From Arthrobacter sp. ZGTC131 (GTDB taxonomy: Bacteria; Actinomycetota; Actinomycetes; Actinomycetales; Micrococcaceae), in contig NZ_PJIK01000013.1 of the NCBI RefSeq assembly GCF_002929275.1, positions 7,409-39,408 of the forward strand: DNA of 32,000 nucleotides, read 5' to 3'. Position 1 is the first letter of the stretch; each line of letters opens with the position of its first letter. The notes below the pieces were generated by a model, which did not search any database, was not told the origin of the DNA, and worked only from the letters and a program-made list of their open reading frames with translations. A program made the translations under genes and the position numbers. Shown here piece by piece: positions 16,952 through 24,194 of this stretch.

Positions 16952-17977
16952 ATGGAAGGCGGTGACCGGCCGCTGCAGACCGGCGACCGGATCGGCACTC
17001 TCCTCGACGCCCTCGGGGCAGGCGGGGCGGTGGCCCGCGGCCGGGCCGAGGACCTCGTCCGGCAGGTCACGGACCTTTACGGCGCCGGCCTGCAGCGGAT
17101 CCTGGAGATCCTGCATGACCAGGGCAAGCTCGACGACGCCACGCTGGCGGCGCTGACCGCCGATGACCTCGTGTCCGGCCTGCTGGTGGTGCACGGGCTG
17201 CATCCGCTCTCCGTCGAGGCGCGCGTCGTCGCTGCGCTGGACAGCGTCCGTCCCTATCTGGGATCTCACGGTGGCAACGTCGAGCTGATGGACATCAGCG
17301 CGGAGGGCGTGGTCCGGCTGAAGCTGCTCGGCACCTGCCAGGGGTGCCCGTCGTCGTCCGTCACACTGAAGTTCGCCGTCGAGGAGGCGATTGAATCGGC
17401 GGCACCGGAGGTAACCGCGATCGAAGTCGTCGAAGAGGAAAAACAGGCCGCCACTCCTGCCCTGATCCCGGTGGACGCGCTGCTGGTCCGGGTCAATCAT
17501 CCTGCGGAGGGGGCGGCGCCCGCAGATGCCTGGCACGAAATGAGCGGCGGCACCTGGGAGCCGGTGCCGGAGATCGCCGGGCTCGAACCTGGCGACGTCG
17601 CCGGTTTCCTCGTCGCCGGCTACGCGGTGCTGGCCTGCCGGACCGGGCAGGACGTCTATGCCTACCGCGACTACTGCCCGCGCTGCACCGGCTCCATGGC
17701 GGGCGCCACACTGCAGCGGGCACTCGCGGCCCCGGCCGGCGGAGGCCTGCTGTGCTGCCCCACCTGCCGCGGCCACTTCGACGTGCGGCAAGCCGGGTCC
17801 TGCCTTGAAGACAGGAACCTCCACCTGGATCCGCTGCCACTCCTGGTCCGCGGTGGCGTGATGTCCGTGGCCGTGCCCCTGCCGCAGGACGGGGCGGCTG
17901 ACACGAACGGGGCCGCCGACATGAACAGGACGGCTGACGCGAACCGGGCGGCCGACATGAACAGGGCCCTGACATGA
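16952..17977 (+). CDS. hhyE: HhyE-like putative Fe-S protein: NifU/Nfu-like domain plus Rieske-like C-terminal domain (341 aa)
   Basis: Nfu-type segment GGNVELMDISAEGVVRLKLLGTCQGCPSS. The C-terminal segment YRDYCPRC...CCPTCRGHF sits in a Rieske-like context. The start lies 5 nt after the hhyL stop. Confidence 0.85.
   Translation: MEGGDRPLQTGDRIGTLLDALGAGGAVARGRAEDLVRQVTDLYGAGLQRILEILHDQGKLDDATLAALTADDLVSGLLVVHGLHPLSVEARVVAALDSVRPYLGSHGGNVELMDISAEGVVRLKLLGTCQGCPSSSVTLKFAVEEAIESAAPEVTAIEVVEEEKQAATPALIPVDALLVRVNHPAEGAAPADAWHEMSGGTWEPVPEIAGLEPGDVAGFLVAGYAVLACRTGQDVYAYRDYCPRCTGSMAGATLQRALAAPAGGGLLCCPTCRGHFDVRQAGSCLEDRNLHLDPLPLLVRGGVMSVAVPLPQDGAADTNGAADMNRTADANRAADMNRALT
17894..17965 (+). repeat. 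18-bp x4 in-frame tandem repeat forming the HhyE C-terminal tail
   Basis: gcggctgacacgaacggg / gccgccgacatgaacagg / acggctgacgcgaaccgg / gcggccgacatgaacagg, encoding AADTNG AADMNR TADANR AADMNR. Confidence 0.85.
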
Positions 17978-18669
17978 ACCCAGCGCCCGGAACCGGTGAC
18001 GCCGGGACCGGCCTGCCGGTAGCCCTGCTCCGCAGGATCGCCACCAGCCGGCCGGCGCCGGTGGCCGGCGAGCGCTGCGAGATGTGCGGCGAACCCATTG
18101 CGGACCAGCACCAGCACGTGGTGGACCTGGAGAGCCACGCCATGATGTGCACCTGCCGCCCCTGCTACCTCCTCTTCACCGACAGCGCAGCCCACCTCCG
18201 GTACCGCGCCGTGCCGGACCGGTACCTGTCCTTTCCGGACTTTGAACTGGGTCCCGGCCAGTGGGATGAGCTGGAGATTCCCGTCGGCTTGGCGTTCTTC
18301 TTCCGCAGCTCCAAGCTCGACCGGACGGTCGCCTTCTACCCCGGACCCGCCGGCGCGACGGAGTCGGAACTGCCCCTGGAGGCGTGGGGCGCCGTGCTGG
18401 CCCGCAACCCCGCCCTGGGAATGGCGGTGCCGGACACCGAGGCGCTGCTGATCCGCGGCCCGGGGCCGGACCGGGCCCAGGCCGACTGCCACCTCGTCCC
18501 GGTGGACGCCTGCTACGAACTCGTGGGGCAGCTGCGCCGCCTCTGGCGGGGGTTCGACGGCGGGCAGGAGGCCCGCGAACAGCTCGCCGCGTTCTTCGAC
18601 CGCGTCCGCAGCCGCAGCAAACCGGTTCGCGAGGCTAACCGCAACACCCAGGCGGGTGGCCCGCCGTGA
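17974..18669 (+). CDS. Hydrogenase-associated conserved protein of unknown function (231 aa) with a CxxC...CxCxxC cluster
   Basis: ATGA overlap with the hhyE stop. Contains CEMCGEPIADQHQHVVDLESHAMMCTCRPC. I believe this corresponds to a DUF family seen next to actinobacterial group 1h hydrogenases, but cannot verify it here. Confidence 0.85.
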   Translation: MNPAPGTGDAGTGLPVALLRRIATSRPAPVAGERCEMCGEPIADQHQHVVDLESHAMMCTCRPCYLLFTDSAAHLRYRAVPDRYLSFPDFELGPGQWDELEIPVGLAFFFRSSKLDRTVAFYPGPAGATESELPLEAWGAVLARNPALGMAVPDTEALLIRGPGPDRAQADCHLVPVDACYELVGQLRRLWRGFDGGQEAREQLAAFFDRVRSRSKPVREANRNTQAGGPP

Positions 18670-19322
18670 CTGAGCTGACCTTCGCCGTCGTCGATATCCG
18701 GCCGGAGCCCTACGCAGCGGCCCCGCAGCTGACCGCCCGGCTGCGGGTGACCGAGGCCACCGGAGCCGTGGTTCACGCCATCGCCCTGCGCTGCCAGGTC
18801 CGCATTCTCCCCCAGCGCCGCGGCTACGCGGCCGAGGAGGAAACCGGACTGCTGGACCTCTTCGGCGACCGCGGCCGCTGGCCCACGACCCTCAAGTCGT
18901 TTCTCTGGATGCAGTGCAGCACCATGGTGCAGGGATTCACCGGGAGCACCGAAGTTGACCTGCCGCTGCCCTGCACCTTTGACTTCGACGTGGCGGCAGC
19001 CAAATACCTGCATGCCCTGCGCGACGGCGAGATCCCGCTGGAGCTGCTGTTCTCCGGCACGGTCTTCACCAAGGGCGAGGCGGGCTTCGGCGTGGAGCAG
19101 GTGCCCTGGGACCTCGAGGCCACCTACCGGCTTCCGGTGGCGGCCTGGCACCGGCTGATGGACCAGTACTTCCCCAATGCGGGCTGGATACGCCTGGACA
19201 GGGACGTCCTCGCGGCGTTGTCGCACTATAAATCGGCACGGGGCCTGACGTCCTGGGAAGCTGCCGTGGAGGCCCTGCTGGCCAAAGCGGCTGCCGGCGT
19301 GAGCGGAGACCAGCTCCGATGA
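18666..19322 (+). CDS. Hydrogenase-associated conserved protein of unknown function (218 aa)
   Basis: GTGA overlap with the upstream stop. Normal globular composition with strong GC3 bias, and no motif I recognise. Confidence 0.8.
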   Translation: MTELTFAVVDIRPEPYAAAPQLTARLRVTEATGAVVHAIALRCQVRILPQRRGYAAEEETGLLDLFGDRGRWPTTLKSFLWMQCSTMVQGFTGSTEVDLPLPCTFDFDVAAAKYLHALRDGEIPLELLFSGTVFTKGEAGFGVEQVPWDLEATYRLPVAAWHRLMDQYFPNAGWIRLDRDVLAALSHYKSARGLTSWEAAVEALLAKAAAGVSGDQLR

Positions 19323-20791
19323 ACATGAGCCTGAGCCTCGCCCGCGCCGTCGCTGATGCCGTCCTCTACGAGGGCTATCTGCTGTACCCGTACCGCGCAT
19401 CGTCGCAGAAGAACCAGGCACGCTGGCAGTTCGGCATCCTCGGACCGCCCGGTGCCGCGGATGCCGGCGCGGGCGAAGAACCGGCCATGTTCGCCGACTG
19501 CCTGCTGGCCCCGGGGCCGCAGGCCGAGGTGGAGGTCCATCTGCGCTTCCTGCAGCTTCAGTCGCGCAGCGCTGTAGAAGCGGACGACGGCGGCGGGTTC
19601 AGCCCGGTGGCTGAGCTCACCATCGGCGCCACTCGCTGGCTGAGCTGGGACGAGGCGGTCGGGGAGGAAGTCACCCTGGGACCGTTTTCCGTGGCACAGC
19701 TCAGGGAAGGCGGGCAGGTCCTGCCGGTGGCGGTTCCCGCGGGACTGGACGTTGAGGAACTCACTGACGGCAGCGGCCGCGTGGCGGGCCGGCTGGTGCG
19801 CCGGCGCCAGGCCCTTCGCGGGGAAGTCCGGCTGGCCGTTGCCGCCCTGACGGACGGGCTGCTGCGGCTGAGAGTGTCTGCGGCCAACACCGCCCCGGCG
19901 GTTGCGGTCGCCGACGGCAGGCCGGGTGCCATCGCGGCGTCCTTCATCGGCGCCCACCTGTTGCTGAGCCTGCGGGACGGCGATTTCGTCTCACTGCTTG
20001 AACCGCCCGACTGGGCCCAGGCGGCCGCGCGGTCCTGCTCCCAGCACCGCTGCTGGCCCGTACTGGCGGGCCCCGAGGGACAAACGGACGTGCTGCTGGT
20101 CTCGCCCATCATTCTGTACGACCACCCCGCTGTGGCGCCGGAGAGTTCGGTGGCGCTGTACGACTCCACGGAAATCGACGAGATCCTCACCCTGCGCGTG
20201 CTCACGCTGACCGACGAGGAAAAGGCGGAAGCACGCGCCACCGACCCGCGCGCGGCGGCGATAATCGACCGCTGCGAAGCGATGTCCGCGGAAGAACTGC
20301 AGCAGCTTCACGGGATCCTGCGCAACCCCCATGCTCTCGTGGGCCCGCCGGAGTTGGACTGGCCTACGGCCATCACTTCCGACGGCGGCGGGTCAGCGGA
20401 CACCGCTACCGTCGCTTCAGCGGGCGGCAGCGTCGAGGACCGGCCCTGGTGGGATCCCGAAGCGGATGCCAGCGTCCAGCCGGACACGGACGCCGTCCTC
20501 ATTAACGGCGTCCCGGTGGCGCGCGGCAGCCGCGTCCGCGTGAATCCCAGCCGGCGGGCTGATGCGCAGGATCTGTTTTTCGCAGGTCAGACCGGACGCG
20601 TCACGAGCGTCCATTTCGACGTCGACGGCAGCACCCATGTTGGGCTGGTGCTCGAACAGGACCCGGCCGCGGACCTCCACGAGGGCTACGGCAGGTCCTT
20701 CTACTACGCGCCCGAGGAACTGGAACCGCTCGAACCGATGCGGCCAGCAGCCAGTCCCGGGCTTCGGGAGGGAAAGGAAGATCCCCAATGA
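19319..20791 (+). CDS. Hydrogenase-associated conserved protein of unknown function (490 aa)
   Basis: ATGA overlap with the upstream stop. The N-terminus is LYEGYLLYPYRASSQKNQARWQFGILGP. A low-complexity linker precedes a C-terminal beta-rich domain. No catalytic motif recognised. Confidence 0.8.
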   Translation: MNMSLSLARAVADAVLYEGYLLYPYRASSQKNQARWQFGILGPPGAADAGAGEEPAMFADCLLAPGPQAEVEVHLRFLQLQSRSAVEADDGGGFSPVAELTIGATRWLSWDEAVGEEVTLGPFSVAQLREGGQVLPVAVPAGLDVEELTDGSGRVAGRLVRRRQALRGEVRLAVAALTDGLLRLRVSAANTAPAVAVADGRPGAIAASFIGAHLLLSLRDGDFVSLLEPPDWAQAAARSCSQHRCWPVLAGPEGQTDVLLVSPIILYDHPAVAPESSVALYDSTEIDEILTLRVLTLTDEEKAEARATDPRAAAIIDRCEAMSAEELQQLHGILRNPHALVGPPELDWPTAITSDGGGSADTATVASAGGSVEDRPWWDPEADASVQPDTDAVLINGVPVARGSRVRVNPSRRADAQDLFFAGQTGRVTSVHFDVDGSTHVGLVLEQDPAADLHEGYGRSFYYAPEELEPLEPMRPAASPGLREGKEDPQ

Positions 20792-20907
20792 AAACTATAG
20801 GAACGGCGACCGTTACGGTGATGGCGGCGATGGCGCTCTGGGCTGTCTACACCGGGATCCGTGCGGTCCCGGATATCCGGCGCTACCTGAAGATCAGGAA
20901 GATGTGA
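20788..20907 (+). CDS. 39-aa single-TM peptide (MKTIGTATVTVMAAMALWAVYTGIRAVPDIRRYLKIRKM), below the ORF-track length cutoff
   Basis: Its ATG overlaps the upstream stop (ATGA) and its stop overlaps the protease GTG (GTGA). A strong purine-rich SD (GGGAGGGAAAGGAAG, 20767-20781) lies upstream. Third codon positions are almost all G/C after codon 5. The sequence has a hydrophobic core plus a basic tail. Confidence 0.6.
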   Translation: MKTIGTATVTVMAAMALWAVYTGIRAVPDIRRYLKIRKM

Positions 20908-21461
20908 CCCCCGGCGACCGGCCCCGTCCAGCTTCCTCCGGGCCTTCCCCCACGGAATTCCCGGGGAACGCAGTCCGCGTCCTCGTGGCGGGCGTGGGCA
21001 ACCTGTTCCTGCGCGACGACGGGTTCGGCCCGGAGGTCGCAGGGCGGCTGGCGGCGGAGGCAGTCCCGGCGGGGCGCGACGTCCGGGTTGTGGACTACGG
21101 TATCCGCGGCATGCATCTGGCCTACGACCTCCTCGGCGGTGTGGATGTCTTGGTGATCGTGGATGCCGTGCCGCCGGACGCACCAGGGAAAGCGGTCCCC
21201 GGAAGTCTCCGGGTGATGCGTGTCCGCAGCGAGGATCTGCACGGCGCCGCGTCCCTGGATCCCCACGGCATGGACCCGGCGGCGGTGCTGGGCCGGCTGC
21301 GCTCGCTGGGCGGCGAACTGCCCCTCACGTACGTGGTGGGCTGCGTGCCTGCCGACGTGACCGAAGGCATCGGTCTCTCCGCCCCGGTAGCCGCCGCAGT
21401 CCCGGAGGCGATCGCCGTCGTCGGCTCACTCTTGGAACAACACGTCCCCATCACCCCTTAA
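20904..21461 (+). CDS. hupD: [NiFe]-hydrogenase maturation endopeptidase (HupD/HybD family, 185 aa)
   Basis: VRVLVAGVGNLFLRDDGFG, VVDYG and IVDAV motifs are present. GTG 20904 is the only in-frame start upstream of the motif. The first 114 codons of track ORF 20562-21461 are non-protein-like. Confidence 0.85.
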   Translation: MTPGDRPRPASSGPSPTEFPGNAVRVLVAGVGNLFLRDDGFGPEVAGRLAAEAVPAGRDVRVVDYGIRGMHLAYDLLGGVDVLVIVDAVPPDAPGKAVPGSLRVMRVRSEDLHGAASLDPHGMDPAAVLGRLRSLGGELPLTYVVGCVPADVTEGIGLSAPVAAAVPEAIAVVGSLLEQHVPITP

Positions 21462-21474
21462 GGCGGTACCGTCC

Positions 21475-21744
21475 ATGTGCCTCGGAATACCCGGCCAGGT
21501 CATCGAGCTCGTCGAGGGCTACGGCGGCCAGCTCGCCCTCGTCGATGTGGCGGGAGTGGCCCGGAAAATCAACATCGGCCTGCTCGACGACGGCCCGCCG
21601 GAGCCCGGCAGCTGGGTCCTCATCCACATGGGTTTCGCCCTGGAGCGGGTGGACGCAGCAGGGGCCGAGCAGGCTATGGGCGGCCTGGAACTGATGGGCC
21701 GTGCGAGAGAACCTGAAAGCGGGGCCGCCCAGGAGTCCCGCTGA
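21475..21744 (+). CDS. hypC: Hydrogenase assembly chaperone HypC/HupF
   Basis: MCLGIPGQV N-terminus (Cys2) and the GSWVLIHMGFA motif. Confidence 0.92.
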   Translation: MCLGIPGQVIELVEGYGGQLALVDVAGVARKINIGLLDDGPPEPGSWVLIHMGFALERVDAAGAEQAMGGLELMGRAREPESGAAQESR

Positions 21745-21779
21745 CAACCAGCCACAACAATCACAGCGAGGAGAGCAGG

Positions 21780-22118
21780 ATGCCATCTACTGACCAGCCC
21801 CGTCCAGACGAACCGACGACGGGCACAGCCCCGGGCACGGCGCGTACCTTCGGCAGCGAACCGCCCCTGAAAGAGCCGGCACACCCCGGCCGGGACGAAA
21901 CCCCCGAGGACGCTGCTCAGGCGCCGCCGGACGTTGGCGAGAGCACCACGCGCCGGGGCGAGGACGTCATCAAGCAGGAAGGCAAGGAGCCCGGACGCGA
22001 GGACACCGGAACCGATGCCGGGCCTGTTGAACGCCCCACGGGTGAATCGTCGCCCCGCGATGCCTCCGGCATCCAAACACCCGAGGATCCGGACACTGCG
22101 GCTCCGCAATCGCCGTAG
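21780..22118 (+). CDS. Hypothetical disordered Pro/Glu/Asp/Thr-rich protein (112 aa)
   Basis: A good SD (GAGGAGAG) lies 5 nt upstream of the ATG. There is no hydrophobic core and no recognisable domain. Coding status is supported mainly by the SD and operon position. Confidence 0.5.
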   Translation: MPSTDQPRPDEPTTGTAPGTARTFGSEPPLKEPAHPGRDETPEDAAQAPPDVGESTTRRGEDVIKQEGKEPGREDTGTDAGPVERPTGESSPRDASGIQTPEDPDTAAPQSP

Positions 22119-22129
22119 CGCCTGCCGAA

Positions 22130-22903
22130 TCAGCGTCCAAGCGCGATTGCCGCGCCACGGTGTTCAACGCCGCTGTTGGCAATCTTGAGGTGGCGCGCCG
22201 TAAAGTGCTTGAGCTGCTGCACCTGCTGCGGTGTGAGGCGGTCGCACACCCAGTCCCAGTGGAGGGACACGACGTCGCCCACGGCCAGGTCCGCCACGAA
22301 GCCCGTTCCGTTGACGGCGTACTTGGCCGATTCCGCCACGGGCTCGCCGACCCCCAGCGACGTGCCGTCCCACACCAGCGGCCGGGAAAGCACCACGGCC
22401 TCATCGCCCGTGATGGCCAACACCTGGCCCCACCGGATCCGGCACCGGTCCAGCACGTTCAACGCCGTGGCGTGCCGGCGTTCGTCGCGGAGCAGGCCCA
22501 GCCAAGGATAGATCTCGAAGACATGGAAACTGTGGTGCGGGACCCCTCCCGCCAGCACTCCCTCCACCAGATGCGGGAACTGCCGGCCGGTGCGGGCCCG
22601 GAACCGGTCCTCCATGGAGTTGCCGATGTTGGTGATGCCCACGGAGTCCAGCAGGCTGTTCCCTACCCAGTACGCCTCGACCACCCGGGCATCAAGAGGA
22701 TCGGAGATGCCGTGCGAGCCGGCGATGAGTTCCAGATAGGGCCATGCTCCGGCAAAGCCCCGGGCCAGCTCGCGGAGTCCCTGATCCGTGACGCCGGACT
22801 GGCCGTAGTGGAGGAGGGCGTCGCTGTCCGGAGGCCCGCAGCTGCCGCGGGAATTCGGCGGATAGGCGTAGCGGACAAACAACTGGGCACCATCGATAAC
22901 CAT
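22130..22903 (-). CDS. Conserved protein of unknown function (about 257 aa) with a HypC-like C-terminal segment
   Basis: The N-terminus FVRYAYPPNSRGSCGP is one I associate with a DUF family found near hydrogenases (unverified). An AAGGTGG SD lies 7 nt before ATG 22903, and GTG 22906 is also possible. The C-terminal CRIRWGQVLAI...GDVVSLHWDWVCDRL resembles the HypC motifs. Confidence 0.8.
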   Translation of the reverse strand: MVIDGAQLFVRYAYPPNSRGSCGPPDSDALLHYGQSGVTDQGLRELARGFAGAWPYLELIAGSHGISDPLDARVVEAYWVGNSLLDSVGITNIGNSMEDRFRARTGRQFPHLVEGVLAGGVPHHSFHVFEIYPWLGLLRDERRHATALNVLDRCRIRWGQVLAITGDEAVVLSRPLVWDGTSLGVGEPVAESAKYAVNGTGFVADLAVGDVVSLHWDWVCDRLTPQQVQQLKHFTARHLKIANSGVEHRGAAIALGR

Positions 22904-22986
22904 CACGTGGCCACCTTCTGCAAGCGTCCTCTGAAAGTAGCACCGGGGTGTGTCAGCGACAAGGGCGGTACCGCCGGACGAATGCG

Positions 22987-23015
22987 TTGACAGCCCTGCC
23001 CTTGAAGCGGATGCT
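22987..23015 (+). promoter_or_regulatory. Candidate promoter of the ABC importer operon
   Basis: TTGACA (22987-22992), 17 nt, GATGCT (23010-23015). A GGAGG SD at 23033-23037 precedes ATG 23046. Confidence 0.3.
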
Positions 23016-23045
23016 GTGAAGAACCGACGCGCAGGAGGTCAGACT

Positions 23046-24194
23046 ATGGGAGTCTCCAATCTGAACCGGCGCACTGCCCTCCACGTGCTGGTGGCGGGAG
23101 GTTCCGCGGCCTTCCTCGCCGGATGCGGCGCATCCGGCTCCGCACCGCCGTCGTCCCCGTCCGGCAGCAGCAGCCCCGGGACGCAAAGCATCCGTATCAC
23201 CGACCAGCGCGGAAAAACGGTCACCTTCACCCGGCCCGTCACCCGGGTGGTGACCATTCCCATGCCGGCGGCGTCGCTGCTTGTCGCCGTCGACAGGACC
23301 GCAGACCATCTCGCCGCCATGCACAATGTGTCGTGGGTGGCCATGCGCGACGGCATCATGGGCACCATGTTTCCCCGGGCGCTGAGCGTCCCGCATGAAA
23401 TAGCCACCCAGGACTTCACGGCGAACGTTGAGAGCGTGCGCGCCTTAAATCCCGACGTCGTGATCCAGTGGTCGGACGAGCAACTGATTGAACCGCTGGA
23501 AAAGGCAGGCCTTCAGGTGATCGGCCTGAAAAACACGGGCCGGCAGGAGGACGTGGACGCCTGGGTGACCATGTTCGCCGCCATGCTCGGCAAGCCCGCG
23601 CGGGCAACGGAGATCAAGGCGCGAAGTGACTCGGAACTGGCGGCGGTCAAGGCCCAGGCGGCCGGCCGCAGTGCCGATGGTCCCAGCATTCTCTACTTCA
23701 ACCGCTTTACCGGCGGGCTCAAGGTTGCCGCAACGAACAGCTATAACGACTTCTACATCAAGCTAATAGGCGGTACCAACCCTGCCACCGGCAAGGATCC
23801 GCTGCCGGGACCGGGGATGGTGGGGCTCGACGTGGAGCAGGTCCTGAGCTGGGACCCCGAGGTCATCCTGCTGGGCAATTTCGATTTCGCCATGCCCCAG
23901 GATCTCTACTCGGATCCTGTATGGCAGAACGTATCCGCGGTGCGGTCCCACCGGGTGTACAAGGTGCCGCTCGGCGGATACCGCTGGGATCCGCCCGGGC
24001 AGGAGTCGCCGCTCATGTGGCACTGGCTGGCCGATATCGCCTTCCCCCAGCAGCAGTCGCCCCTGCGCGGCAAGGTCACTGAGTATTTCCGGTTCCTCTA
24101 CAACCACGAGCTCACGGCAGTCGAGCTGGACAAGATTCTCTGGACCGCAGCGAACGGCGGCTCCGCTCATTATCAACAATTCAATGCTGGATGA
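23046..24194 (+). CDS. ABC importer substrate-binding lipoprotein, FecB/BtuF/CeuE (cluster A, metal-chelate) type
   Basis: The signal has an RR n-region and lipobox (NRRTALHVLVAGGSAAFLAGC). The body resembles periplasmic metal-chelate binding proteins. It sits upstream of FecCD-type permease and ATPase genes. Confidence 0.85.
   Translation: MGVSNLNRRTALHVLVAGGSAAFLAGCGASGSAPPSSPSGSSSPGTQSIRITDQRGKTVTFTRPVTRVVTIPMPAASLLVAVDRTADHLAAMHNVSWVAMRDGIMGTMFPRALSVPHEIATQDFTANVESVRALNPDVVIQWSDEQLIEPLEKAGLQVIGLKNTGRQEDVDAWVTMFAAMLGKPARATEIKARSDSELAAVKAQAAGRSADGPSILYFNRFTGGLKVAATNSYNDFYIKLIGGTNPATGKDPLPGPGMVGLDVEQVLSWDPEVILLGNFDFAMPQDLYSDPVWQNVSAVRSHRVYKVPLGGYRWDPPGQESPLMWHWLADIAFPQQQSPLRGKVTEYFRFLYNHELTAVELDKILWTAANGGSAHYQQFNAG

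Noticed and set aside
15099-16952. 617-aa ORF antisense to hhyL
   Set aside because: The plus strand carries the RICGICGDNH and DPCLPCGVH motifs. The antisense product is low-complexity (R/G/A/V/H-rich) with no recognisable domain.
20562-20903. N-terminal 114 codons of track ORF 20562-21461
   Set aside because: This frame overlaps the 3' end of the 490-aa gene and the 39-aa peptide gene. The sequence (MRRICFSQVRPDASRAS...) is not protease-like, and HupD homology begins after GTG 20904.
22907-23045. Cobalamin riboswitch upstream of the BtuF/FecB-like transporter
   Set aside because: The intergenic region is only 139 bp, with a promoter-like element 30 nt from the SD. I see no B12-box-like sequence and no room for the roughly 200-nt aptamer.
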